Assembly: GCF_009914755.1 (NCBI RefSeq)
Contig: NC_060938.1
From: the human T2T-CHM13v2.0 reference genome, Homo sapiens
Strand: one strand, 5' to 3'
Length of the DNA: 64,000 nt
Shown: positions 1 through 16,004 of the stretch, one piece after another
Position numbering within the stretch: position 1 is the stretch's first letter
Layout: each line of letters begins with the position of its first letter
The notes under the pieces: generated by a model
Databases searched by the model: none
Seen by the model: the letters and a program-made list of their open reading frames with translations, nothing else
Told to the model about the DNA's origin: nothing
Position numbers and translations under genes: made by a program

Positions 1-370
1 TCCCGGGAGCCCCGCATCCTGGCCGGGCCCCGCCGCCGCCGCCGCCGCGCAGCCCTCGGCCCGGCCCGAGGCGGCTCCGCGCCGACTTGGGAGAGCAGCG
101 AGGAGGGTCCCCCTCCTTCCCGCCTCCCGCCGCCGCCGCCTCCCTCTCGCTTCCGTGCTCCGTGCTCCCTTCCACGCTCCGGAATCAGCCCACCAGGCAC
201 TCCGGACCCGGCTCCGGGGCGGGGCGGGGCGGGAAGTCGGGGGAGCCCGGAGGAGGCGGCGAAGCGAGGGGCGCGCAGCTGGAACCCGCGTACCCGCTTC
301 CTGGAGCCGAGCCCTCTTTCCCAGCCCTTCTCTCCCCTCCTCCCGCGCACCCCAGAGCGATGGGAGGCCC
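1..370 (-). promoter_or_regulatory. SYNDIG1L: CpG island promoter and probable non-coding first exon of SYNDIG1L, transcribed leftwards out of the window
   Basis: Very GC- and CpG-rich, with a (GCC)n run at 31-48 and tandem GC boxes GGGGCGGGGCGGGGCGGG at ~216-233. The gene name rests on known synteny (SYNDIG1L lies downstream of NPC2 on the same strand); no SYNDIG1L coding sequence is in the window. Confidence 0.7.
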
Positions 371-465
371 TTGGGCTTCTTGAAGCATTTTGGAGCTCCT
401 AGGCTCCAAAGCCAGCCCTGAGTTTTTAACATTGATCTGCCCTAAAAAGAAAAACAAACAGAAAG

Positions 466-885
466 CATTTATTGAGCACCTACTATATACCAGATACCAA
501 GCCCGATAATGTGTTTAATCAACATAAGCTCATTTAATTTTCTTAACAACTCTATTAGGCAATATAGTGCCCCTCTTCCCCTCTTCCCCTCCCCCTGCCC
601 CCCTCCCCCTGTCCCCCTTCCCCCTCCAATTTTGCAGACCAGGACGCTGGGCTCACAAGGATGAAATCCTGTGATTTGGAGATTCAGTGCTGTGCTGGGA
701 AGGGCACAGGTTTTAAAGCTCATGGACCTAAGTTTTGGTCCTAGGGTCCCACTTGCTGTATAACCTCGAGCAAGTTACCTAACCTCTTAAAGCCTCAGGT
801 TCCTCATGGACAAAGTGAGGGGTCATATGAGGACAAAATGAGATGACATACGTGACACATTGGCACTCAATAGGCACTCAGTGAG
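466..885. mobile_element. MIR SINE fragments, one interrupted by a C-rich low-complexity tract (570-627)
   Basis: MIR core-like text such as 'caagttacctaacctcttaaagcctcaggttcctcat' and 'catttattgagcacctacta'. Confidence 0.55.
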
Positions 886-1618
886 TGAGCGTCCCCCTGA
901 GTTTTCCCAGCAAGAGCCCTGAGATCCGAATGCAGGCCTTTTGGCTGCTTTGTCTCCACCCTGTGCTGCTCTTTATCCACCTCCACCTGCGTTTCCTTTT
1001 TTTTTTTTTTTTTTGCATGGGGATGCCCTATCTTGAGTGTTACCAGTGGATGAACCTATTCTTCGAGCGCCTTCACAAGGTCTTGAGTCTCACCAAAGTC
1101 CCAGGAGGTCAGGAGGAGAGAGTATTCTCATTTTCTGAAGGTAAGTGTGGGTTTGCAAAGTAAACCACAGAGCAGGCTGCAGCTGGGGCTGGAAGACACA
1201 AGGAACCAGGGTCTGGCAGTGGGATTCCACTAGCATCCACTAGTCTCCTAGCATCCAGCTGAGGATGCTATAGCACATAGCATGGTGGACTCCAGGACTC
1301 CTTCACTCCCACAGGATGTGGGCATCTGGCACAGTTCGGTGTAGCTCCTAGAGTGCACAGTAGGAGCCAGGAGCAAGTCCACATCATGGGGCTTGGGTCT
1401 CCTTCCCTTCAAGGCAGGACAGAGAACTCCCTTATCCTGGGGTCTGTCTCAGGGCTGGTATTGGTGTTTAACTTGTTGGGTGCTAAATATATTATTGCTC
1501 TTCCTGTCTCTGCCCCATTAGTGGATAATGCAGTGAGAAGCCCCCTGAGGCCAGCAAGGGTCTTGGACCACTCATCTCAGGCCCATACTTCATCTTCACA
1601 GACACCCTCCTCCTCAAA

Positions 1619-1681
1619 ACACAGACATACAGACACACACACAACACAGACACACATAGACACACACAGACACACACACAA
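1619..1681. repeat. Imperfect (CA)n microsatellite
   Basis: Seen directly. Confidence 0.85.
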
Positions 1682-4278
1682 GACATTGTCTCTGATGTCA
1701 GGCCACCCTCCTGTACCTTTGCTTTCTCTGGCCTTCCTCTCACAGGGGCTCATGGCCACCTACTTGGCCTTGGCCTCCCTCTGCTGCTCCCCTCCCCACC
1801 CTGGCTGTGCTCCATGCCTGGGCTGCATACTGAAATACTAATTGAAAGGATAATAAAAAAGCCAGTGAAGCAAAAGCCGCATATAAATTCTAAATACTAA
1901 TGTTGATAATTACATGCTGCTGCCTGGAGGGAAAACTCAAAGAGAGGCTGTTGGTGTTGTATCAAGGGCCCTGGCCTGGTGCCAGGAGACCCAGGTTCTA
2001 GTCTCGCCTTTGTCATTAATTGGCTGTGCGACCTTAGGCAGTCGCCTAATCTTCCTGGGCCTTTGCTTTCTTATAATTCAATAGCTCTGAAGAAACTATA
2101 AGTGCAATCAGCAATGTATGATGCTTGTGACAGAGAACAGTGGGTAATGCAGTGATAAGAATTTCTTCCCGGGAAACTAACCTTTACCTCTCACAAGGTA
2201 CAGGGGTGGCTTAGGGACTGAAGAATCTACAACCATGCAAAGTTTCCATTCTTTTTCCATTCTCTCTTTATCCCTCCCTTCCTTTTTCCATCAAGCATTT
2301 CCTGCCATGTAATGAAAATCAACCCCTCTGTTAGACACCAAGAATGGAAAGTATAAACCATTGTCCAGGCCTTTGAAGGAGCTGCAATGAAGGGGATGCG
2401 GTCCATAGACATGTTGACCAGCAATTCCAACACCTTGTGATAAATGCTGTCATGGAGTAAGTGAAGAGTGCCAGAGAAGAAAACAACTCACCCTGCCTGG
2501 GGAAGTCCCAGGAGGCTTCCTGGAGAAGGTCTGAGTTTTATTAAAGGATGAGACAGTCACCAGGCAGGCCATGGGAGGAGGGGATTGTTGGTAGGAAGGC
2601 CGGAGTGAACAGATGAGCCTGGAGGACTGATGAGGAAGCTCCACCAGAGCCCAGGAAAGAGGTGGTGAGAACTTGAGCAAGGCAGAGTCAACAGGACGGG
2701 AGCAGGGAACGGATTTAAGACACTTCTGGGTGAAAACAGAGAGGAGAGATTGGTTGTGGGGAAGGGAGCAAGTCCAGAAGGGTAACACTGGGGGCTCCTG
2801 CTGCTGGGAAGCTAATGCTATTTACCAGAGGGCATCAGGAGGGGAGCAAACTGCTTACCTTGGGTAATGCTGCTTAGCACCATAGCCCCTCAGTTTCTAG
2901 GCACTCTCTCTTTTTTTAAAATTTTATTTTCCCTTTGGTTCCTAGAAAATTTTCTTCAGCTAAAAAGGCTCCTCCCATCTTGTCTTGATTATCTGAATGG
3001 AAAAGGGAAAGGCCCAGACTTGGGCCAGGAGAGCTGACTGGGGCAGAGCAGCCCTGGAAGCTCACCTGGAGGTAGCAAGCATCCTCGCTGGGACTAGGGT
3101 GAGGACCACAGGTAAGGGACAGAGTAGGCACTGGCTGAAAACCTGGGAGGGGATGCCCTCGTGTCCTCTTCTCCTCCCACATCTCTGACATTCCTTAAGT
3201 GAAATCCAACCCTAGAGGGTTCTGTTTTAGTTGGAGTCAGCTCCGGCTGCTAATCTCTTCCCACCTGGGGACTTCCCTTCATAAGCTTTTTCATGCATAA
3301 ACTCTTGGTTCTTTTTACAAGGGGTTGATTGCCTCACAGTGTTCTCTAGGGAATGTAAATCAGCACCAAGCATAGAGAGGCCTGCCCCACTACTACTTCA
3401 ATAGGCCACACACTGGAAGAGATGCTTCCCTTAAGAGGACAGGTGAGCCCCACCCCTGGCCTAGTGAGCCCTCTACCTCGGAGTTGAGCTCACGGCCAAG
3501 GCCATATGGCTGTGACCCACAAATCCCTGGCTAAAGGAGGGATTGTCTGGCAGAGGACAGGAGAGGTGGGCCTTTGGACTGCCCATCAGCCAAATCCTGC
3601 ACTCATGGATATGGCTCCAGGATGACACAGTTCCAAGGAAGGGTGCATATGTGGCTGTAAGCAAATAGTGGGAACAAATTCTTGACCCTTAATGCTAGAG
3701 AGAACCCTGGAAACCCTTACTGCTTCTGAGTCAGGCCCTTTGGTTTGAGGCAGACCCCCAGCAATGAAGTCTAGAGTTGTCTGTCTTTTAAACTTCTTAT
3801 TTGGGGGGCTTTGGAAGTACATTACCACAGCTGCTCACTTCTTTTTTCCATAGGAGACTGCAAAACGGAAGAAGCCATTTCTTTAGAAACACACTGATTC
3901 ATGCCCAGGAAAGAAGATGAGGAGAGTTCTTAGCACCGGTCCCGCCCGATTCCCTGCTTTCCTGCCAGGCACACACTCACTCAAGCCTGGGGAGCAGAGT
4001 GGGTGAGCTACTGCCAATTTGAGAGGTAGAACCAGAGCATAAAGTGAAGGAATCCAGCCACCGCAGACTGCACAGCTCTGAACTCCACCACTAACTCTGG
4101 CATCCGCAGGCTGCTCGGGGCATGTGAGCATTTGCACCCTGGCAGAGTAACCTGCACTCTTGGCACTTTCCCACTTTGCTGGAGCAAGGATGAGTGAGCG
4201 TATATGTGTGAGAGGTTGGGGGTGCCAGGGTGGGGCTTATCAACAGTGGCAAGCAGATGGCAGGGTTCTTTCACCTGA

Positions 4279-4727
<449 letters not shown>

Positions 4728-6016
4728 TGAAGCATCTGCTTTGCCATTATCTCATTTCATTCTTATAAACATGTATAATTCCCAGTTTACAGATGAGGAA
4801 AACTAGAAGCTAAGTAACCAGAGAAGCTAAGTAACTTCCAACTTGGAAAAAATAGTCAGAGATCAATACCAAGCCAAAAGAAAAAAAATGAAACTGATGC
4901 ATAATCCTGCCTTCTTCCTGCCCTTGAAGCCAGAGCCAGTGTGATGGGGCTGGGGGAGTTGCAGAAAGAGGCCTTCTTTGCCTTCACCCTGAACTGGGAC
5001 AATGCAGAGTGGGCCCCAAGCTCCTGCAAATCCCTGATTGGAGCCCTTTAAAGAGCTAAGACCAGGACCCAGGACTGCTCCCATCTTTGTGCATGTGTGT
5101 ATTTTTGCATGTGCGTGTGTGTGTGTGTATATGTAAGGTAGGGTGTGTTTGCCCCAAGAATGGCTTTCTGAGCTTGGAAAGTGAGCCTTTCTCCCTCTGT
5201 GTAAAGGGAAGAACTTTCCTTGTGCCTTCCTGTGGGTCTGGGGAGGCAGGGCTCTGGAAGGCAAAAGGTTATTGGTACTAAGAAAACATCCTTGGGGAAG
5301 CTGGAGAACTTGTTATACTCTTTGGTCCAGGACATGAAAAAGAGTCCATTTTGACTGTCTACTCTGTATTAGACAGTTTTATCTTTTAATCCTCAAAATA
5401 ATTCAATAAGTTTGTTTTTAATAAAGGCTCATGGAAGTTAAATTAATATACTAGATTCATACACTCAGCAAATGACTGGGCAAGATTTGAAGCCGGGTCT
5501 GTGTGATGCCAAAGCTGATTTTTTCCCCCACTGTCTACCCCAGAAATCTTACTCATCTGCATCATTGTCCAAGGAATTGTGACATTTAATGAGGGAGCAG
5601 AAAGAGAAACAAGAGGAAATAACTTCAAAATGTACAGAGAATCTCTGGACATGCCACCCTCAGATGGAATGTGATGGTGCAAGTCCCCAACTTCTCCGCT
5701 AGATCAGGAACTTGGACTTGCTGAACTCAAAGGCTGAGCCTTTCAATATGCTCTGTTCATTTCTCTTTTGTTTTATCTTAATTTTTCTCATGTTCCTTTT
5801 GAAGATTGCAGCCTAATTCAGCTGGGTTAAGGGAACCCAAGAGTGAACAGGTGAGGGAGGGAGGAGCACTGGGAGCACCACCCTGGGGGCTAGCAGGGTC
5901 TGCAAGCAGAGGGGGAAGTGAAAAAATGCCCAGAGAGAAGGGGAAACACTCAGCCTACTGTTTCCTTTTTGCCAGAACACCCACTCCCAAGGACTCTCCT
6001 CTTCTTATGCCTTGGA

Positions 6017-6018
<2 letters not shown>

Positions 6019-6078
<60 letters not shown>
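6019..6078. repeat. Compound (TG)~20(AG)~10 microsatellite
   Basis: Seen directly. Confidence 0.95.
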
Positions 6079-6454
6079 AAGGGAGAAGAAGGGATAAGCC
6101 AATGAGGCCACACTACTTGCAGTTATCAGCTTCTTGATCCCTGGTCGCCCATGGTCCCAGCAGCAAGCAGTGCTTGGGGCACCCATGTAAGGCTGTGCAT
6201 TACAGCAAACACATATTTGGTTTCACTGAAGCCTTCATCCCATCTCTCCTCCACACCCTGGTATATAATCCTCTCCCTCTGGCTCCCAAGCCTGTTATTC
6301 CAGCACAAACTGTGGGCCCTAACTGTGCTATGATGGCAGGGCTCTGTCATGTCAATGAGAATGTTAACAGCTAGAGTAGTGAAGGCACACTGAGCCAGGT
6401 TGGGCACTGGAGAGCTATTGAGAGAGAGGTACAATAGAGGTAGAAGGAGAAGGT

Positions 6455-6808
<354 letters not shown>

Positions 6809-7259
6809 TTAAGAGTTTTTAAAAATGTACTATCTCAATGAATTATCTATTAAATCTACGATGTAAACATTTACTATAAAATATGATTTGTATTGATTCT
6901 TAAATAATTTAATAAGTGCCAGGTCTTGTGCAGATGCTCTATACACTGTTTCATTTCATCTTAACAATACTTCATTTCTTTGGCGCTAGGAGAACAATCA
7001 TTGAGATCTCTAACCCTTGCCTGAGGAGATGCTGTGGGGGGCTGGTGGAATGAGCAGGATTCTTTGCATCAGGCACACCTAGGTTCAAAGCATGGTAGGT
7101 TTGTAATACATGTTTGCTCTTTTTTGGAAGCAATTTGGTACCCTGTATCAAGGGACAGAGTAAGTTCACTACTGGGAAACCATCCTAAGACAATATTAAT
7201 AGGTAACATTTTTTGAGTAACTACTACATGCCAGGCACTTGTTTAGATAAATAATCTGA

Positions 7260-7561
<302 letters not shown>

Positions 7562-7744
7562 AATCTGATTTAATTCTAACAACCCCACAAGGTAGGTACC
7601 ATTATCATCCCTATTATGCAGATGTGAAAACTGGGACATATAATTTACCCAAGGTTTTATGGCTTGTAAGGACAGAGCCCAGATTCCAACCCAGGCAGCC
7701 TGGCTTCAAGGCCTCACTCTTAACCTTAATACCATACTAACTAT

Positions 7745-8130
7745 GTAAGCTTTGCACACAAAACTAGCCATCACAGTATTATCATTACAGAAAAATTGGA
7801 ACATATATAAATGTCCAAAAAATAGGGCAATGGGTACACAAATTTAAATGATATTTTAAGAGTTTGCAATATCATGGGAGAAATGCTTATGTTATGAAAT
7901 GAAGTGGAAAAAAGCAGGTTACAAAATTGCACATATAATATAACAACAAGTATGCCAAAAAGCCCATAAAAATCTTAGGAGGAATTAAAACAAAATGCTA
8001 TTAAGGGTTGTCCCTTGATGGAGGTAACTTTGGTTCATTTAAACATTCCTCTTTATCCTGTTTTTGTATTTTCTAACTCTCTGCAATATGCATGCACTAC
8101 CTTAAAATTATTTTAAAGCTTAAATAAAAA
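7745..8130 (+). mobile_element. Old L1 (L1M-type) 3' fragment
   Basis: A-rich and resembles L1MC/ME 3'UTRs ('aaatgcttatgttatgaaatgaagtggaaaaaagcagg'). Confidence 0.5.
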
Positions 8131-8677
8131 TAAATATCCATTGAGTGAATGATTGCTGCATTGGGTACCCTTTGAAGACTCATCCTCTCTCTCAAAATCT
8201 TTACTCCCAGCAGGAACAGTGGTGGGATTGGGGAGTGACCTCTACCCCTGGCCTGCCTCGGTGGGAGAATAATAGTAAATGAGGTCACATTTCTAAAGGA
8301 TTATGTTCTCCTTACAGCCCTAGTGATCCTCACAGAAAAAAGGAAGGCAAATAAAAAGCAGTGGGGAGGATGCAGGGAGTGGGAAACACAGTGGAGGGGG
8401 AGAAAGAGGTGGCAGAGGAGATGACTTGGGGAGGAAAGGGGAAGAGATCAAGGCAAGCTGGAACATCCAGAAGGGTCAGGAAACTGGGAGGGGAAAGTGA
8501 ATGAGTGACGAGGCATGATAAAGAGAGGGCAGATATGAGAGAGAGAGAGAGAGTTTCTACACAGCAAACTGGTAAGGGATTTAATTCATTTCATTCTGCT
8601 AAGCTGCAATGTTTTTCTTCAATGTTATAGAAACCATTTTCTTCAGTTAAACACTGAAAATCTAGGGGAAGCTGGCA

Positions 8678-8991
<314 letters not shown>

Positions 8992-10105
8992 AGGGGAAGA
9001 CTTTTCCTGGGTTTGCAACTTGAATCTCTCTCCCTGCCTGGCCTTGCCCTCCATCCTCAAGGCTCCAGCCAAGAGTACTTCTTTGGGCTGTAGCCATTGC
9101 AGTCTTCCAGGGACAACCAGGCCTATCCCTGCTTCAATTCAATCAGCCAATACTGGGAGTTTTGGTGCCAATGGACAAGCATCAGGACATAAAAACAAGA
9201 TTAAAGCTCAACTGTTCCAGAGCACAGTGTACAAAGGCTGCTTAAAGCTTCCAGTTTGCAAACCAAATCGTGGAACAATGTAAGATCTTCAAGAATCTTC
9301 TGTAGAATTCAACCACAGGGAAAGAAATGAGGCCCAGAGAGAAGAGTTGGCCAGGGCCAACAGCTGGTTGGCAGGGGAGTCTGGGCTTTGTGATTCCTTA
9401 CCCAGTAGAATGATAGCTTCTGATAGTAGTGATGTTTTGTGTTTTCAAAGTGCTTGCTGTGAATCTGACTACTCTTCTTTTTACCTCCGTAATATGCATT
9501 GGGGTAGGTAACCCAGTAATAAGTTCTATTTTTGTAGGTAGAAAGTCAGCAGCTCAGACAGGTCATGGAATGTTCTCCCAGCATCACTGAGCTGACGACT
9601 GCTGGAACTGGGGCTCACACTAAATCTTCTTGGGAACATGTACAGGGGACTTTGTGTGAGGCCACACACTCTCCAGAGGAACTTTCAGCCTTGGAAAGTG
9701 AGGAGCAGTTTTGATTTCTGCAGTTTGCTAGAGCCGTCAGGAGTTCCTCCTTGCTGCAGCACAGCAAGTGTTAGAGGCATAGAGTGAGTGTGTCCAAGTT
9801 TCTACCATAATTTTCTGGTTTCTGCTGTAAAATCCTCTACTTGGCTACAGTTCTGATAGTGTGAGGCCTCAAACCCATTATCACTGAGAGCCACTGAGAA
9901 AGCATTTACTATACACAGAAAACAGGGTAGGTTCTGGGGATACAAAGAGATATGAGATATTGCTCTGGCCAGCAAAGACGGGATGATTTTAGCTGTGGAA
10001 TAAGGACAAATACATATATGTACAAAGAGATAACAAGTCTGGGTTCTCCAGAGTACTCCCTTTGCATGTGCCATTCTGCTTCCTTGAAATCCCTTACCCC
10101 ACTCA

Positions 10106-10415
10106 TTTTTTTTTTTTTTTTTAAGAGATAGTGTCTTGCTCTGTCGCCCAGGCTGGAGTGCAGAGGTGCCATCATATCTCACTGCAGCCTTGACCTCCTT
10201 GGCTCAAGCAATCCTCCTGCCTTAGCCTCCCAAAATGCTGAAATTATAGGCATGTGCCACCATACCTGGCTAATTTATTTATTTATTATTTATTTTTGTA
10301 GGGACAGGGTCTCACTTTGTTTCCCAGGCTGGTCTCAAACTCCTGGCTTCAAGTGATCCTCCTGCTTCAGCCTCCCAAAGTGCTAGGATTACAGGTGTGA
10401 GCCACCACGTCTGGC
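10106..10415 (-). mobile_element. Alu (AluJ-like)
   Basis: Reverse-complement Alu; TSD acccactca. Confidence 0.9.
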
Positions 10416-10445
10416 CAACCCACTCACCATTAAAAGCTCAGCTCA

Positions 10446-10753
<308 letters not shown>

Positions 10754-11727
10754 TCAGGGGTTTCCTCCTTGGTGTCTTTTCCCAGACTCCTCTGCCTGGG
10801 CTGGATGCCCCCTCTCTGGCTTCCTGTAATAGCTCGTATTTTCCCTCCCATAGCACTCAGAGCGTTGTACTTTTACATCATACTTGTCTCTCCTTCACTT
10901 GACTCTGAGTTTCTGGGAGGAGGTTGGGGGTGTATTTCTATCCCTTGTACCTAGCTTATGCCTGACATAAGTAAACACTTAATAGATGTTTGCTGAATAA
11001 AGAAAAGCAACCATTCTGCCTCTACTGCCTCCAGCATATAAGCTCTAAGGCCCTTGCAGCTCTGATGTCCTGGGACCTCATGCCTGCTGTTTGAGGCATG
11101 GATTTCAGTGACAGGGGACTCAAATCATTGAGGCAGGGCATGACTTCACTTAGTAGTAAAGGAAACCACCTCACTGTAGCCCCTCTTTTCCTCCTCAAGT
11201 ACCTAATGATAAATCGATCATGAACAACAGTGGAGACTTGTGGCTTACTTCACATCTCTTTTGTTAGAATGACCAGGGCTGGAAGAAGTCCAGCAGAAAC
11301 TTGCTGTCCACTTCTAACAAGGTCTTACTCATGTACCTGGTTGCCAGGCAGGTGAGGCTGGGAAAATTTAGTGGCTAGACAACACAGAACATGCAAGAAA
11401 GGAAACTAGCTAAGAGTATTTGCAGATTAGAATGGCAAGGAAACTAGATGGAAACAAACATTCAAAGTACCTGCCAGGCTTTTAATAATGTCAGAGGAGA
11501 AGAGCCTGGAACCAGCTGGAGGAAAAAGATAAGAAACACATTTATTTCCTCTGCCTGGACCACATCAACTATCCCCCAGCTCCCACCCCTATACCTTGTG
11601 TTTTACTATTAGCAAACAATTGGTTGCATTTCTCAGGCAAGCTTCATTGTGTCAATCTCTCTTTAGTAGGAAAAGCTGAGTCCAAGATGTCAGCAAATTT
11701 GTTTGGCAGCCGCTCAGGGGCTGTTTT

Positions 11728-11744
11728 GCTATCCATGGTGCTGA
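11728..11744 (-). promoter_or_regulatory. Candidate REST/NRSF RE1 element
   Basis: Minus strand reads TCAGCACCATGGATAGC versus consensus TCAGCACCnnGGACAGC. Confidence 0.6.
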
Positions 11745-11878
11745 CAGCCCTACTATAGGGCCCCCAAACCTCTGAGTCTTTAGCCACGTTCTTCTGCCCC
11801 CACAGATGACCCTGCGATGAATGATAGAAAGAAGCTGGGATGTGGACAAGGAAAACCTGAAGTCCTGTCTAGAAATAT

Positions 11879-12218
11879 AGGTTCACAGTCAGACTATTAT
11901 CTGAAACTCTTGGCACCAGATGTTTTCCAGAATTCGGATTTTTTCAGATTTTAACAAGGAAATATGGTGCACCTACTGTATGCTATATAAAATCCTTGGT
12001 GAGGTCTGTGGCAGCACCACATAACCAAGCACATCAATATCTCTTCAGTAAAATGTATGACTAGTCATCCTAAGTGTGATCAATAAAGATGTTAAGTAAC
12101 CTTATGGTGGTTTAGGTCAGGGTCTTCCTCTTAATGAGTTCTCCTTAGGCTTACAAAAAAACTTTTGGTTTCAGAGTATTTTAGATTTCAGAATTTGGGT
12201 TAAGGAATTGTGAGCTCA
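11879..12218. mobile_element. TcMar-Tigger-type DNA transposon remnant (MER46C-like)
   Basis: 'cagaattcggattttttcagatttt' and 'ttttagatttcagaatttgggttaaggaattgtg' resemble MER46 termini. Confidence 0.5.
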
Positions 12219-12768
12219 CAGCAGTTCCAACTCCACCTTAGGTAAACTCACCTGTAAAAATTCCTGCGATTGATTAAACTTTCTAAGCTTGTAAATTTCC
12301 TGGCAGGGAGTTGGCGGCAGGGGATGGATGGGAATGAAACTAAAGCTTGGGCCATCTATTTCTCAAACTCACCCCACCCTCAAAGGTTCACAGGCAGAAA
12401 ACTTTCTCCTCAGGTCAAATTGCTAATAATTATTGAGGAATAGCTACAGATCCTGGAAGCCTCATGGGTGACACACAGACTGAAAAATTAAAAGGCCATT
12501 AGCCCTTTTCTTACTACTCAGAAGCCTGACTGTCCCTTGACCCTGGGCAATCTTACATTTCCTAACACCCAACCATGAGCATAGTTGGAATTCCTGTAAT
12601 GGGGGAAGAATGTTCTGTTATCAGTGCCTAAAAATGGCTACTAGCCCTAGTGACTGCTCACTACCTGCCACGTTCTGTACAAAGTACTTGACATGCATTA
12701 GCACTCTTATCCTTATCACTGCTTTGTAAGGCAGTACTATTCCATTTTGCAGGTGAGGAAACTGAGGT

Positions 12769-13196
<428 letters not shown>

Positions 13197-13477
13197 GAGG
13201 TTCAGAGGTTAAACAACACACCTTAAGTCATAAAGCTGGTAAGTGGTGGAAACGGGGATTTGAGCCCTGATCAGTCTGACCTCAGTGCCTGCATTGCTTC
13301 TCTCTTGCCTGCACAGTCTCACTGTCATGAGTCTTGGCTTGAGTGTGAACAGGGAATTAAATTGCTGCTAGTCTTGGATCAATTTACTTTGTGGCGGGTT
13401 TTTAGTTAACTATGCTGTGAAATGATGTATATTTACATTTACAATATATTGTTCAGCTTAAAAAATTATTCAAGTAG

Positions 13478-13772
<295 letters not shown>

Positions 13773-13974
13773 AATTATACAAGTAATAATTGCTTATGAA
13801 GTGGAGAAGTCAATGGTATAAGGGTGCTCCCTGCTTATGGCCTCTCCAAGCCCACTTCCAACTGATTAACTATGTATTGTATATCCTTCCAGAAGTTCAT
13901 GTGTACTTTTCAGTACAATAGGAGATTACACATAGTCTACCATGGCATTATTTTTGGCCTTAATAATGCATCTC

Positions 13975-14585
<611 letters not shown>

Positions 14586-15384
14586 TCAATATCTAAACAT
14601 ATAGAATACCTCATGTTTGTTTTTATTACACTATTTTTTTTTAAAGACGTGATAAATGTACCAGGCAAACAGCAGTGAAAGGGATACATTTCTAATTACT
14701 AGGCTTTAAGGCACATAGATATAGCTGTTTGTTTTTGAGGAAGCACAGCACAGTGGTTAAGAGCATAGAGCATTTGGAGATAAGTCCCCAGTCTGTCCCT
14801 CATGGACCTTGTAATTTTGGATAAATCTCAATGTCTCTGAACCTCAGTTTTTTTATCTGTAAAGTGGGACTAATCATGGAACTTCCCTCATGGAACTGTA
14901 TAAACAAGAAAAGATAAGGCAGTTAATGGGTTTAGTACCATGCCTGCCGGGGACAAAGAAAGTTATTATGGTTCAAGTCAGAAGCAGCCACACTGCTACT
15001 GCTAGAATAGATATATGAGTCCTCCTAAATTTGCTTGTCGGATAGCCCTTAGTTGATAACATTGAGCTTTGTTTTGTTTTGTTTTTAATCCTGGAAAGTT
15101 GGAATAGGTGGATCCAGGGATCTCTTGCTCTCCTGCCCACACTGCTTCACCAATTACAAATTAACCACACTCAAAAAAGTTTGGAAGCACTGCTTTTGAC
15201 AGATTGAACTTTGTCCCTCGGACACTGAGCTCCTGCCCTGGCAGTGGAGGTAGGGTGAGTATATAGAATTCAGGGTGCAAAGCATTGAGTTTGGGGCTAG
15301 GAGTTCTAACCCTAAATCTGTTACGACCTTGCTGTGTGACTTGGATAGATTCAGGATTCTAGAATTTTTTAAAAATAAATTTTG

Positions 15385-15760
<376 letters not shown>

Positions 15761-16004
15761 TAGCTGCAGGGAACTGGTGTCCTTAGAAAGCTGTGAGTAG
15801 GTCTGGTTTTGGTGTTTGGTTCACTTGGAAAAGCAGAGTGCTGCTTAAGCATTGCAGGGTCTAGAATCAGAAAAGCAGGTTCAGATTTTGACTCAGCCAC
15901 TTCTTAGCTGGGTACATGACTTAACCTCTCCGAACCTTAATTTCTTCATGATGTAACGTGGGGTTAATAATAGTACCTTTCTTTAAAATAGTACCTTTTT
16001 TTTT

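Noticed and set aside
87-457. Overlapping Pro/Gly/Ala-rich ORFs at the window start
   Set aside because: Expected by-product of a stop-poor CpG island; no recognisable domain
1353-1841. 162-aa ORF
   Set aside because: Starts at GTG, runs through a CA microsatellite, and has no recognisable homology or splice support
3359-3378. TCAGCACCAAGCATAG partial RE1
   Set aside because: Right half-site has two core mismatches; much weaker than the site at 11728
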